A stretch of DNA of 64,000 bases from the human T2T-CHM13v2.0 reference genome, Homo sapiens, in assembly GCF_009914755.1 (NCBI RefSeq), contig NC_060927.1, one strand, 5' to 3'. Position 1 is the stretch's first letter. Each line of letters opens with the position of its first letter. Shown here in pieces: positions 13,011 through 28,939 of this stretch. The notes under the pieces were generated by a model that made no database searches, had not been told where the DNA came from, and was given only the letters and a program-made list of their open reading frames with translations. The position numbers were made by a program, and so were the translations under genes.

Positions 13011-14504
13011 TAGGAATATATCGGATATACATTGTAAATAAATAAATTCAGACAAAAGCTGAAAGTCAGGAGATTTCTGTTCTGGTTCAGCTTTGGCCAT
13101 TAGTTTCATGATCAGAGAAAAATCCTCTCCTTTTCTCCGAATCTCCTCTTCCTCTTGTGTAAATGAATAAATAAGGTGTCATCCAGGCGTGACATTCTGA
13201 GGCTACAGCTCTAACATGAGAAGACAAATAAAGCAGTGCTCCCTACAAATTCTTAACACAATGTGTTTGTTTATTTTCCCCCAGTCTATCCTTGCACAGC
13301 TTGACATTCCATAGTTGAATGTTCTAATTTTTTTCTAAGGATCTTTACTCTAAAAGAATTAGCCTAAAATCAAAAGAGAAGAGAATCTATAAGTGCATTA
13401 AGACCCCCTCCTTGACACATCTTGGCTAATGGCCTCTTATTCTCTGTTGGTGGGGGATGAAGCAAAGCCTGCTGATGAAATTCACTCAGCAGCTTGGCCC
13501 TAGGGTATGGCTACATGGTCTCTGGGTTCTTAGGGTCCAGCCAGGGCCCAGCAGGTTTGTCAGACTCCAGAAATCCCTCTCCTCACAGGGTAAGCAGAAA
13601 CAAAAGGCACCCGAAGAAAGTACCCCAGGAAGTATTTACAAGAGGCTGCAAAACAGTTATAAAATGATTTTCTGGCCCTAAAGTTAGAAGCCAAGGATGA
13701 TGTTCTGAAGCCCAGGTGTGAGATGAACATAGGTATAGAACTTTATAACCAGACTTATAAAGCAGTTGACACAAGAAACTGTGGTTTTGGCAAAAAAGCA
13801 TTAAGGAGTCTGTATTTCTTCACAACCAAGATATGGAAGAAATCTGCTCCTAGGAATCTGGGCTGCAGTTTTCTTTATGTATTTTGGAGAAAAGCAACTT
13901 TATAAATTTCAGATAATAATTAGTGATAGTAATAAAAAGACATAACAATCTTTAGGCAATAAATAACATTCAAGTATGTCTGATGACAAAATTATATGCA
14001 AAATTAAGGATATAGCCATGCATAAAAATCACAGATCTTAAAGAAGAGTGGAAAGGAGTTTCCAATTCTATCATAACATCAAAATCTTAATAATACAGTT
14101 GAACAAGATAAGGTGAAGAGAACAGAAGTGACTTGCTTATGGGAACACACAGAATGGCAGGACTGGAATTTTTTTTCCACATGTCAGCACAAAAGCCAAA
14201 GAATGTGAGGGCCTGTGCATCAATTGCCAATAAATGGCTGCATGTTGCAGTCCATAGCTATATGTTTGCAGTCCATAGCTATATACTACAAAACTATAAA
14301 TAGCCAAATTTAGCAAAAACCTAGTAAATAGTCTAGTAAATTTTCATAACCTAGTTAATATGGCATTTTTCATAAAGTTGTCTTTTTATGTCTTCATTCA
14401 CTGAAAACATATTTATTGAATCTCTTTTATGTGTCGGGCATTGTTCTTGACAGTGAGGATATGGCGGTGAACAAAGCAAACATTTTCATCCTACTGGAGC
14501 CCGA

Positions 14505-14837
14505 AAGATTTATTTTTTAAACTAATTTATGCAGTTGTGAGGACTGACGAGTTCAAAATCTGTAGGGCAGGCAAGTCTGAAAACTATAGGGCAGGTTTGC
14601 AGGAGTTGATGTTGCAGAATTTCTTCTACAAACTTCAGTTTTTGTTTTTAAGGAATTTCAACTGATTGGATAAGTCTCATCCACAATATCTAGGGTAATC
14701 TCCTTTACTTAAAGTCAACTGGTTGTAGATATTAACAACGTCTATAAAATACATTCACAGGAACACCTAGATAAGTGTTTGATTAAATGACTGTGTACTA
14801 GAGCCTAGCCAAGCTGACACATAAAACTAACTGGCAC
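14505..14837 (-). mobile_element. MLT2D-like ERVL LTR
   Basis: Reverse complement ttttatgtgtcagcttggctaggc...gttgactttaagtaaaggagattaccc matches the recalled MLT2 5' end. Confidence 0.75.
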
Positions 14838-16978
14838 GCCATCTACCTGATAAATATTTACTAAGTGCTTATCACATGCCAAGTTCTGAGATAAATCACA
14901 CGCAATCCCTGCCCTCTAAAGGAAGGGCATAAGTCATTTAATTAAAGACATTAAAAATGTTATTCGACAAATCTATAAGAGATAGAGAACAAGAGCTATC
15001 TTTGCAGGTTTGGAAGAAGGAATAGTACTTCCACGTAAAGAAGGCGGAAAAGCTGAAAACACAAAAGACAATTGACCTTGTCCTTGGAGAACAGGTAAAA
15101 TAAGAACAAGACAGGACCGTGGCATTCCTAGTGAGAGAAATGGCATAAGAAAAAGTGTGGAGTCAGGAAAATGTGTGATGTTTATAGAAACATTGAGTGG
15201 TTCAGTTTGGCTGGAAATATAGAGCATTCATCAAAACCTCTTTTATTTAGCCAGTGATTACTCCATGCTTGTTCAAGTACTCATTCCAAAGCTGTTAGCA
15301 CATTTGCAGATGAAACAGAGAGATCGAGAGATTCCTCCAAAATCACACAGAAAACCTCCAGGGCATGACACATACAAGTCAATCCCATTTTCTTTTGGAA
15401 GCTAGATGCTGCTGACTCTTCAAAACAAGTTTTGCCATCCTTGAGAAATAAGAATGCTTTTATCTCTGTTTTTCAGTTTAACTGTCTTTGAAAAAGCCAC
15501 TATTTCTTCAATAAATGGAAGAAATGTATTAGGCCCTAATTTTTAATGAACATACATGTAGGTATCAATGCACCAAATAATATGTTCAGGGATTTATATA
15601 TCACACAATTCAAACCTTACTGCTTTTACCACTCGGTCAAAGGTATTTCTTGATTTTTGTTGTTATTGTTTGTTTTTTTTTGGGGTGGGGGGGCACAATA
15701 CTTAAATTGCTGTGGTCAGAGGTGCACAGAGAAAATATTTATAGGAGTCAGAAGGTTCTCAGGAAAGTAAAATTAATCTATGACTCTTATTATTTCAGTT
15801 TTGTGCCTTATGAATTCCTTTTATTCTAATTCCTCTCAGGCATCTTCTTTCCATGCCCCAAGCCCCTCCCACATTTCAAAGAATTGTTGTTGGGTTAGCA
15901 CATTACTGTTAAGAAAACACGATGTGTGCCGTACTTATTCCACCACCAGCCTCTCCCATCCCTGCGTTAAACTCAGTCATCCTTTTGCCTACATAGGAAT
16001 TCATGTTTTCTACTGATGAGCTAACTAGCCATGGGTTTGTTCTGAAGATTAATGGTTTTATGGCATTCAAAAGAATGTGACTGGTTTTGAGGCTAATGTA
16101 ACATTTTTTAAAAATAAGATAATTATAGGAATTATAGGATTCTAGACACTTTCTGGACCAGTCTTCATTCGGCTTCATGCCGCTGTGAATGGAGCAGAAG
16201 CAAGTTGTACCCTTTCTTCCCCTCTCCCCCTCCTAATTTCTGCTTTATAAGAGGGAAGCTGAGGAACTGCACCAGGAAGTGACATAATCAAGTGCCTGGT
16301 TTCATATCCCCATAAAGTGCATTACTTTAATTAAATCTACCGAAGAGGCTAGTAAAAGAGAGACTGGGGAGAAACGAGGTTATTGATCAGAGGTGTTAAA
16401 TAAATGGACATCATCGAGAAATGGATGTTAACAAATGTGTGGAACGCTCAAGGGGGGTCAGAGTTCAACTTCCTCTGTGAACAGCTGAACATTTGTCTTG
16501 TGGTGACATTGTTCTATTATTTTCCAAAGATGGAAAATGTCTAGAGGCTTAGAAACATAACATTACCTTACATTTACATAATGCATTAGATTTAATGTAT
16601 ATGATCTCATTTTAATGTTCATCCCCACAATAATCCTGTGGGACAGGCAAACCACAGATTCACAGACTGTTGAATCACATTCTTGAGGGCAGAGGTTACC
16701 CTCTACAACACATCAATAACACCTGGGTAGGAGGAGTGTGTCAAGGAGGATGTCTTTGTGTGCCTCAGAAGGGCAGGTGTGGAGAGATAGATAAGGAGCA
16801 TGGATAAATGTAATCATGCAAACTAGCTAATGGCCTTCATTAAGAAAAACTTCCCCTCCCAGGGTAGGCGTCAATCTGTTATAACAAGATTTAGTGTATC
16901 ATGTTTCACTCCAGTCTGAGGACAAGGTCACCTCCCTTTGGATAGAGATCAGAGTCTCCCCCTAAAAAAGTAGCATCC

Positions 16979-17463
<485 letters not shown>

Positions 17464-17475
17464 TGCTGTAAAGAT

Positions 17476-17768
<293 letters not shown>

Positions 17769-18382
17769 TGCTGTAAAGGTATGAGGAATTGTTACATCTC
17801 AATTTTATGTCTTCCTAATATTGGTGAGGCCTGGAGGTGGAGGAAAAAGGCCCAAGGGAAGGGGGAAATCATTTATTCTTTCAACAAATGCCATACACCA
17901 TAGTGTGCCGGGAATAAGGAAGAACAGATATTCGACTTCTGGGTAGCTGATCTGTGAAGCACTTGGTTTCTTTTTCACATCTCGAAGAGATTACCACTTT
18001 GGTCAATTATTGAAAAACCCTCTCTGAATTGGTACCTGAGCTATAACTGTGTTGAAAGTGAAATAAAGGAAAAGGTGACCTTCATGCTGGCCTCCAAGAA
18101 GGCTTTGGTCAGCTCAGCACCTTTTGCAAAAAAGCTGTAAATTTACTCCCCAAATTGTCTACTTAGATAGTTTTTCTCTCTCAGGAAAAAGAAAAAGTAG
18201 CCTGTTCAAAATTAAAGTCTACTTCTCAAAGAAATATCACAGTGGGAATGTAATTCAACAAGTATTTCCAGAGTGTTTTACGGTTTCTATACCATGCTAA
18301 GATTGAACTGCTACAAGGGGTAGAGAAGTGGATGGTAGCTGAACACCATTACAATTAACAATAAATTAAAAATAATTTATTC

Positions 18383-18431
18383 TGTGTGTATATATATATT
18401 ATATATATGTGTGTGTATATATGTATATATA

Positions 18432-18486
<55 letters not shown>
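18383..18486. repeat. Compound (TG)/(TA)n microsatellite
   Basis: Direct observation. Confidence 0.95.
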
Positions 18487-18490
<4 letters not shown>

Positions 18491-18883
18491 TTTTTGTTTG
18501 TTTGGATACAGGGATACAGGATCTAGCTATATTGCACAGGCTGGTCTCCAACTCCTGGGCTCAAGCAGTCCTCCCACCTCAGCCTCCTGTCCTGATTGGC
18601 TAGGGCTATAGGCACATGGTTTGAAAGACGTAGTCCCTACCCTCAAAGCAGTAATAATTTCCATGGGAACTGTCCTAACATATGTGGAATTTTATAAGTT
18701 GAAACAGGTTAAGACATAAATGAACTAAAACCAGATGTCAATGTAAGAAATAAGTGTTTGCACATTCTAAGGTTTATGTTCTTGGATTAAGAAAAGTGAA
18801 CCCTTATTGTGGAAGGCTCTGAAAGTGAAGCAAAGGAGCTTTAATTTGGCTGTGTAGGCAATTAATAAGCTAATTAAAGGTTT

Positions 18884-19495
18884 TATTTATTATTTATTTA
18901 TTTAATCTTAAGAAACAGTCTCACTCCGTTGCCCAGGCTGGAGTGCAGTGGCACACTCACAGCTCACTGCAGCCTCCACCTCCCTGGGCTCAGGTGATTC
19001 TCCTGCCTTAGCCACATGAGTAGCTGGGACTATTGGCGCACACCACGATGCCTGGCCTTTTTTTTTTTTTTTGAGACAGAGTCTCACTTTATTGCCCAGG
19101 CTGGAGCGCAATGCCATGATCTTGGCTCACTGCAACCTCCACCTCAGTGTCCTAGGTTCAAGTGCTTCTCATGCTTCAGCCTCCCTGTAGCTGGGACTAC
19201 AGGCACAAGTCACTATGCCTGGCCAATTTTTGTATTTTTAGTAGAGACAGGGTTTTACCATCTTGGCCAGAGTGGTCTCGAACTCCCGGCCTCAAGTGAT
19301 CCACCTGCTGAGGGCTCCCAAAGTCCTGGGATTACGGGCATGAGTCACTGCGCCCAGCCCACTTTTTTATTTTTTGTAGAGATGGGGTTTTGCCATGTTG
19401 CTCAAGCTGTTCTTGAACTTTTGGGCACAAGCCATCTGCCGGCCTTGGCCGCCCAACATGCTGGGATTGCAGGTGTGAGCCACCGCAGCCGGCCT
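18884..19495 (-). mobile_element. AluJ with an AluS nested in its linker (~19057-19360)
   Basis: J right arm, complete S element, J left arm, all antisense. Confidence 0.85.
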
Positions 19496-20064
19496 CATGA
19501 AAGGTTTTAGAGCAGAACAGTAACCATGATGAAAAGATGGAAAATCCAAACCCGGTGTTATAGTTAGGGCCCTTTAATTCAAAGCTTTTATTATCAGAAA
19601 TAATTCAAATCAAATTTAGCAAAAAAACAAAATGTAAGTGGAGAAACGAACAGACTCATGTAACTAGAAAGCTCCTGTACTGGGCTTCACCCACGACTGT
19701 TCAGGCATTCAAATAATGCCCATCAGCTCTCTGGCTCCATTATTAGGCTACCTCCATGCAACAGTAAGACGCCTACAGACAGCTCCATTTACATGGGGTT
19801 TAGACGTTATGGGCTCAGAGAAAGAGTCTTTGGAAAAGGCACCATAAGGAGTTCTGATTGGCCCAGCTTAGGTTTCCATCCCTGAAAACCCACTGTGGCC
19901 AGTAAGCTGAAGCCATTTGATTGGCCAGGACCAGGTCATATGCAACTGCTGAGGTAATGAGGTGACCCTTGTCAGTCCTTCCTCCACCTTCTTTAACCAC
20001 GTAAATCAAGATATTTACAGAAGGAGTATGGAGTAGTTTCTCAAAAGAAGAGATACTGGGCCAA

Positions 20065-20067
<3 letters not shown>

Positions 20068-20100
<33 letters not shown>
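20068..20100. repeat. (CA)n microsatellite
   Basis: Direct observation. Confidence 0.95.
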
Positions 20101-20102
<2 letters not shown>

Positions 20103-20344
20103 AGTGCATTACCTAAATTTGACATTAACACATTTACAATCTAGGATAGAAAACCTCCTTTAAAAAAACAGCAGTATATTTCTTTAAAAATTGCATTTAT
20201 GCACTCATTGTATAGACACGCAATGCTGTGAGTCATGGCTCCTATTTTTGAGTGTCTACCACAGAAGTTTCTCTATTTCTCTACAAGCAAACAGAAAAGG
20301 TTCTGAGAAGTTAGTTATAAATCCTTCTCTTCATAACTGAAATG

Positions 20345-20502
20345 AGAAATTGGGGGGGGGGATGATAAAGTGAGAATGGTTAATGAGTACAAAAATGCAT
20401 TTAGAAAAAATGAATAAATAAATAAAAAGACCTAGTATTCAGTAGCACAATTGGGTGACTACAGTTAGGACCCTTTAATTTTAAATTAACAATAATTCTG
20501 TG

Positions 20503-20552
<50 letters not shown>

Positions 20553-20985
20553 TACACATATATTTGAGCCAGGGTCTAGCTACATTGCCCAGGCTGGTCT
20601 CGAACTCCTGGGTTCAAGCAATCCTGCCACCTCAGCCTCCCGACTAACTAGGGGTACAGGCACATGTCACCACTCCTGGCTAATTTTTTTATTTTATGTA
20701 GAGACAAAGTATCTCTATGTTGCCCAGGCTGGTTTTGAACCCCTGACCTCAAGCAATTTTCCTGCTTCAGCCTCACAGTAGCTGGGATTATAATGCGCTG
20801 TATATTTTAAAATAACTGAAAGAGTGGAATTGGAATGTTTCTAACACAGAGAAATGATAAATGCTTGAGGTGATGGATACCCAGTTACTCTGATTTTACC
20901 TGTATCAAAATATCACATGTACCCCATAAATGTATATAGCTATTGTGTACTCCTAATAATTAAAAATAAAGCATTTTCTAAAAAA
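20345..20985 (+). mobile_element. L1MA 3' end interrupted by (TG)n and antisense FLAM/Alu monomers (~20500-20800)
   Basis: gggtgactacagtt...aaatgataaatgcttgaggtgatggataccc...taccccataaatgtata...aataaa. Confidence 0.75.
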
Positions 20986-20996
20986 GAAGGTGTAGC

Positions 20997-21387
20997 TGAT
21001 ATAGTTTGGATATTTGTCCCTGCCCAAATCTTACGTTGAATTATAATTCCCATTGTTGGAGGTGAGCTCTGGTGAGAGGTGTTTGGGCCATGGGGGTGGA
21101 TCCCTCGTGGCTTGGTGCTATCCTCACAATAGTGAGAGAGTTCTCGTGAGATCTGGTTGTTGTAAAGTGTAGCACCTCTCCTCCCCTCTCTCTCTTGCTC
21201 TTGCTTTGGCCTGTGATGTGCCTGAGGCTTCCTGAGGCCTCATCAGAAGCTGAGCAGATGCCAGGCACCATGCTTCTTATGCAGCCTGCAAAATGATGAG
21301 CCAATTAAACCTCTTTCCTTTAGAAATTACCCTGTCTCAGGTATTCCTTTCTAGCAACGCAACGCAGTGGTAGAACAGCTTAACACA
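20997..21387 (+). mobile_element. MSTB-like MaLR solo LTR, nested in the 5' end of an older MLT1
   Basis: TGATATAGTTTGG...TAACACA termini; 5-bp TSD GTAGC at 20992-20996 and 21388-21392. Confidence 0.85.
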
Positions 21388-21786
21388 GTAGCAGAGATGG
21401 ATAGCTGACCACCAAAGACTCCTTCGTAGTGTAGGTTGTGGCTAGAAAGTGATGCCCAACTAGGGCATATTTAATGCTCCTGTTCCCCTGCATCTGGGGT
21501 GGAAGTCACATGGCTAATTCTTGCCAATGGAAAGAGAGAGGAAATGATGTGAGTCAGTCACTTTGGGTGAAGTAGTGGAGTGGCTGTGTCTTCACCACAG
21601 CCCCTCTGTATGTCTTTAAGTGAATAGGGAGGACTCCTTGGATCCTGCAGGAGGGGTGGGCCACAAGATAGAGTTCTTGGTGCTCTGAATAACTACATGA
21701 AATATCACCCAAGTATCATCCTAACTGCATTCCCAGATGAGTCAGATGTAAACTTTTCTTGTGTTAAGCCTATGGGAACTAGAGTC

Positions 21787-22088
21787 TTTTTTTTTTTTTT
21801 TTTTTTGAGATGGAGTCTTGCTTTATCGCCCAGGCTGAAGTGCAGTAGTACGATCTCGGCTCACTGCAACCTCCACCTCCCGGGTTCAAGCAATTCTCCC
21901 TGCCTCAACCTCCTGAGTAGCTGGGATTACAGCCGCCTACCACTACACTCGGCTAATTTTTGTATTTTTTAGTAGAGACGTGGTTTTCCCATGTTGGCCA
22001 GGCTTGTCTTGAACTCCTGATCTCAGGTGGTCTGCCTGCCTTGGCCTCCCAAAGTGCTGGGATTACAGGCGTGAGCCACCATGCCCGG
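21787..22088 (-). mobile_element. AluSx
   Basis: Antisense Alu; TSD GGAACTAGA. Confidence 0.92.
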
Positions 22089-22289
22089 AGAGGAACTAGA
22101 TTCTTACCTTAGCAAATAGAGAAGGATTTAATCTTAACATCCACACACTCATTTCCGTCACATAGAATTGTTATCAATGACCATCAAAGCTGTAGAACCA
22201 AGGATTCACACATCCTTACAGCTATGCCTTTCCTCCAACATCTTTTCCAAAAATAACCAATTTATTTTATATGGTGGAAATTCCACTGA

Positions 22290-22655
<366 letters not shown>

Positions 22656-23283
22656 TAGTAGTTACTGTACCTGCACTCACTCCCTCTTCACTGAGAGTCT
22701 TAAACCACACAAACTATCCATGGCTTATGACAGGTTTCATCAACAAAGCTCCATGCCTTCACTTTTAATTTTTGACCAAACTCATAGCCTTCTCCTGAAT
22801 GAATATATTGATTCTAATGCTAGAATCACACACTTTAATTGTATTCTGGCTTATCAATCTTTTTTTTTTCTCTTGATGATTATTGCTGATTGCAAAGATG
22901 TAGACAGATCCTTGCACCTGCTTCATGAATAGCCCTTTGTCTTCAGAAATTTCCTTGAAGGCTAGTGAATTATGCCACTTTAAAATTTTAAATATGCCCT
23001 ACCCTGTTTACATAATTATTACAGGCCTCTTCTGATTAGCACTTGCAATACTCTCCTTGCTTTTGCATTTATTGGATATTATGGATTAATCATCGTTGCA
23101 AAAGAACCTAAAACCTAGCACGAATAAAGCAAATATCCAGAAGAATATTTAAAAATAATGTTATCCTCACAACCAAAAATAACAGCTGAGGGTCCCTGTT
23201 GGTGATGAGCTCAGTTGGTGTATTTTTACATTGTTCTTAGCTTTGTTAACATGTATGAATGCTTTTAAGTTGTAGAACCTTAG

Positions 23284-23569
<286 letters not shown>

Positions 23570-24444
23570 GATATCTATAGTTTACACATGAGAGAAATGA
23601 GACTGAGAGAAGCACATAACAAGTTCCTGATCACGTGGCTAAAAATTTAATCCAAATGTAAATGAAACAGAATTTAATAATATGTGACAGCTTTTCAGAT
23701 TACTTTTAGTCTGCCCTGTCAAGTTTCAACAGACATTTTGTTTTCACCAGCTCAGCTTCTCCCCTCAGTCTTCTAAGAAAATACCGTCTTTGCCTTATTC
23801 ATAGGAAAGAGTGGAGAAATTCACCTGCAGACATATAGGAAATGGTGTAGATTCTTGTACGTTTTTTCAACTCTTAGGGTCTGGGTAATTGGAAAATGAG
23901 CAAAGAAGCTGAATAGATCTATACGATCAAGAACTGTGAAAGAGAAAACATAAAGTTTGATGTGGCATGAAAAATTGAAGAACTCTGAAGGAACTGATAC
24001 TTTTGAGAGAATTAAAAAAGTGAAACCAATCACTCTTCCCCTTGCTCTCAGAATCCAATACGAATCAATTTGAAACATACCCATTTCTGAGTTACAGCCA
24101 ATTATTCCCAATATCACTGAATATTCCGAGTATCACTGAATAAATTACATTGTGGAAAGTGCTGCTTTTCAAACTTTTGAGACATCCCTAATGTCAATGG
24201 AAACATTAGCTCTGGGCACCGGCTGTAGTTACTTTGTAAGATGCTAGAGACTTTCCATCTTTCCATAAAATTTATTTTTGGTAATAATGTCTCTTCTTTA
24301 TTCTGATTGGTGGTAAAACTCTTAAAATTCGAGCCCTGATACTTGTTCAAGGGATGGAGTAAGAAGTGGAGCTAATATTTAGAAGGGAAAAGACAGTCAG
24401 TTAAGTTCTTTGAGATCTAAGTAATGAAGATTCGAAGATTCTAG

Positions 24445-25162
24445 TGTGTCCAGAATTTATTCCTTCCAGTGGGTTCTTGGTCTCACTGACTTCAAGAATG
24501 AAGCCGTGGACCCTCGTGGTGAGTGTTATAGCTCTTAAGGTTGGTGTGTCTGGTGTTTGTTCCTTCAGATGTTCAGATGCGTCCGGAGTTTCTTCCTTTC
24601 AGTGGGTTTGTGGCCTTGCTGACTTCAGGAATGAAGCCGCAGACCCTCACGTTGAGTGTTACAGCTCATAAAGGTAGTGCGGACCCAAAGAGTGAGCAGC
24701 AGCAAGTTTTATCGTGAAGAGCGAAAGAACAAAGTTAACACAGCATGGAAAGGGACCCAAGTGGGTTGCCGCTGCTGGCTCAGGTGGCCAGCTTTTATTG
24801 CCTTATTTGGCCTCGCCCACATCTTGCTGATTAGTCTATTTTACAGAGTGCTGATTAGTCCATTTTAAAGAGTACTGATTGGTGCATTTGCAATCTTTTA
24901 GCTAGACACAGAGCGCTGATTGGTGCATTTTTACAGAGTGCTGATTGGTGTGTTTACAATCCTTTAGCTACACACAGAGCGCTTATTGGTGTGTTTTTAC
25001 AGAGTGTTGGTTGGTGCATTTACAATCCTTTAGCTAGACACAGAGTGCTGAATGGTGCGTTTTTACAGAATGCTGCTTGGTGCATTTACAATCCACTAGC
25101 TAGACAGAAAAGTTCTCCAACTCCCCACTCGACCCAGGAAGTCCAGCTGGCTGCACCTCTCG
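24445..25162 (-). mobile_element. LTR12-family (HERV9; LTR12F-like) solo LTR
   Basis: Minus strand begins (C)GAGAGGTGCAGCCAGCTGGACTTCCTGGGTCGAGTGGGG and ends GGACACA; tandem CCAAT (ctgattggt) U3 repeats; 4-bp TSD CTAG at 24441-24444 and 25163-25166. Confidence 0.92.
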
Positions 25163-25530
25163 CTAGGTCTGAGAAATGGCCCTGTAATGAGGTTTTAGAA
25201 AGATACATATAGGGGAGGGGAGTTCCTGATGAGCCCTATATGACCATGAATACCTGTCCTCGAAACTCTGGGTCAGAAAAGTGAAAGTACATCCATAGGC
25301 ATGTGGATATTGCCAGCTGTGTGGGTAAAATCCTTTAGATGGAATGAGTTAAACCTAGAATGAGCCCCTTGCAGGTAAGTGTGGCGTGTCCTCCTACAGC
25401 ACTCTTGACTCTTAAAACCAGTGCCCACCAGTGCCCAGGAGAGAACAGTTTCATGAAAGAAAAGATGACTTGAAACCCAACTGGTAGGAGAAAAATTCTG
25501 TCACTGGCTTTCTTTTAAAAATCCAATTTG

Positions 25531-25898
<368 letters not shown>

Positions 25899-26652
25899 TC
25901 AGGAAGTGGATTTTTCTATTTCTTAGTCATCTCTCAAAAAAAATTTTTTTAAGCCAAATCTTGGAGAAAAAGGACCACAGACAGGAAAATATTTTATTTA
26001 TTCCAGACTCATATCAAGCAATATGTGTTCAGGCACTTATTTTAGTTCCAAATGTGTTTCCCTTGATTCTTGGGTAAAATCAGTTACTTCTCCTTCAATC
26101 TTGGTCCCTATCAAGACTTTAGAAAGAACTCTCCTTGGATTTCTAAAAGATAATTAACAAACTGGATATCTATACGAAAGTAATTTTGTACTTGCGCAAA
26201 AGAGTGCATTCAGCAGATAATTCACTCTTGTGGCTTTTCATTAGCTAACTTTCCCTCGGGGCAATTGAGAGGTTAAGGCCCTACTCATCCACTTTCTCAG
26301 CTTCTGTTAGAATTACTGCTCTAATTCACCAAGGGGAGTCAAAGAAACGGCACCTCTCACCAGAACTAACCCTTGTAATTGAGGTAGATTCATTTAGTAA
26401 GTGTCTCATATGTTAGTCATTTAAAGGATATTATGTAATCCTCTCAACAACCTTATAAATTAAAGCTAATCTCAAGAAAGAAACTGGTTTTGAGAAGTTC
26501 AGTGATTTCTCCCAAATCACACACTTAATAAATGGCAGGGTTGTCACAGTCTTTGTAACTCTGAAGTCCATTACCTTTTTGCTGTGCTTCTTGGCTTTAC
26601 AGCATCTCTCTCCTTTAATCTCACCCATAGGTTAAAAAATCCCAAGCATCGT

Positions 26653-27075
<423 letters not shown>

Positions 27076-27149
27076 TTAAAATGCAATCAAATCTTACCCA
27101 GATTTCTCTAGGTAGAAATCTTACCATAGTAGAAATCTTATCTTTCTTT

Positions 27150-27470
27150 TCTTCTTCCTTTTTTAAAAATTTATTCATTTATTTTTCTTGAGACAGGGTC
27201 TTACTCTGTCACCTAGGCTGGAGTGCAGTGGCACAATCATGGCTCACTACAGCCTCAACCTGCTGGGCTCAGTTAATCCTCCCACCTCAGCCTCCTGAGT
27301 AGCTGGGACTACAGTTGTGGGCACCACGCCCAGCTAATTTTTATATTTTTTGTAGAGACAGGGTTTCACCATGTTACCCAGGATGGTCTCGAACTCCTGA
27401 CCTCAAGTTATCCAGCCGTCTCAGCCTTCCAAAGTCCTAGGGTTACAGGTGTGAGCCACTGTGCCTGGAC
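27150..27470 (-). mobile_element. AluJ
   Basis: Antisense Alu; TSD AAATCTTATCTTTCT. Confidence 0.9.
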
Positions 27471-28482
27471 AAAATCTTATCTTTCTACTTATAAGATAGA
27501 AATACACTTTATTAATATACCTTTACTTGGAAAATCTAATTATAATAGATGCTTATTATAAAAAAATGAGCTATTTTTGCAAATATCAAAATTTAAAATT
27601 AGGGGTAAAGATAACATTTTAATTTTTTAATCAGCTTGACTATTATTAAAATACAAAATATTTGCACATCCCTTGAAGTACCTTCTGAAAATCTTTACTT
27701 TAGAATTATTTCTTTCTCCTTCCCCTCCCTCCCTCTCTTCCCTCTTTTCTCCCTCCCTCAGTCCCTCACTCCCTTTGAAATATGTACCAAACATCTCCTA
27801 AGAACCAGAAACTAGGGAGTAAGAAACGGTCCCTGCTCTTAAGAGCTCATGTTCTAATCAAAAGAGACATAGCATGATCACAATTTCCAGAAGAAAAATA
27901 TCAGGTGAAGCACAAAATATTATGGGAGTTTGGAGTTGGAGGGACTATTCTGGCTGGGTGCGGGGTAGGGATCTTGGTAGACTTTGGAAAGGAGGTGGCT
28001 TTTCTAGAGAGTTGGGAATAATACATGCTGTATTAGAAATAATGGCTTTTCAGATGGAGGGAAAAACCATGCTGGAGAGGGAAAAGGACAGGCCACGGAG
28101 TTAAGGACAAGGTGGGGTGTGCGTGGAGGGGAGTCTTGAGAGTAAGACTGGAAAGGTGTGTTGGGATCACATGAAAAAGTCTGTGAAGTTCTCTCTGAGG
28201 AAGTGTAGCCCTTAGTCCAACAGATAATGGGGACCATCAAAAAGTTTTTCAGTAGAGGAGTAAAGATATCCAAGCTGTCCTTTTTTCATGAGATTAGCCT
28301 GACAGCAGTCTCCTGTGAAACATGGATTACAGGAGGGAGAGCCTATTGTCAAGAACAATGAGGATAATAATTTTGACTCCAGTAAAGGGAAGCCATCCAA
28401 GGGGAAGGATTATTCACGATGAAGGCAAGAGACAGCTCCAAGGCGATGTGATACGAGGAGTAGGGATATAGAGATATCCTGG

Positions 28483-28939
28483 TGTACTGGGTTGAATAGT
28501 GTCCCCCTAAATTCCTGTCCTCCTGGAACCTGTGAATGTGACCTTTTTTGGAAATAGGGTCTTTGCAAATTTAATTAAAACGAGGTCATACTGGATTAGG
28601 TTGGGACCCAATTTAATAATTGGTGCTCTTATAAGGAGAGAGAGGTTTGGAGACACAGAAAGATACATGCACAAAGGGAGGAATTGCCATGTTAGGATAA
28701 AGGAAGGGAGTGCAGTGATGCAGTTACAAACCAAGGAACACAAAAGATTGCCAGAAACCCTAAGTAGCTGGAAAGAGGCAAGGAATGATTATTTCCTAGA
28801 ACTTTCAGAGAGAGCATGGCTTCTTGGAAACCTTGGTTTTGGACTTACACCCTCCAGAACTGTGAGGGAATACATTTCTGTTGTTTTAAGCCACCAACTT
28901 CGTAGTGATCTGTTTGAGCAGCTCTGGAAAACTAGTACA
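28483..28939 (+). mobile_element. MLT1B/C MaLR solo LTR
   Basis: TGTACTGGGTTGAATAGTGTCCCC...CTAGTACA; degenerate TSD CCTGG/CCTGA. Confidence 0.8.

Noticed and set aside
24826-25110. Regularly spaced repeats with spacer-like intervals (CRISPR-like look)
   Set aside because: These are the CCAAT-containing U3 tandem repeats of LTR12; eukaryotic context and no cas genes.
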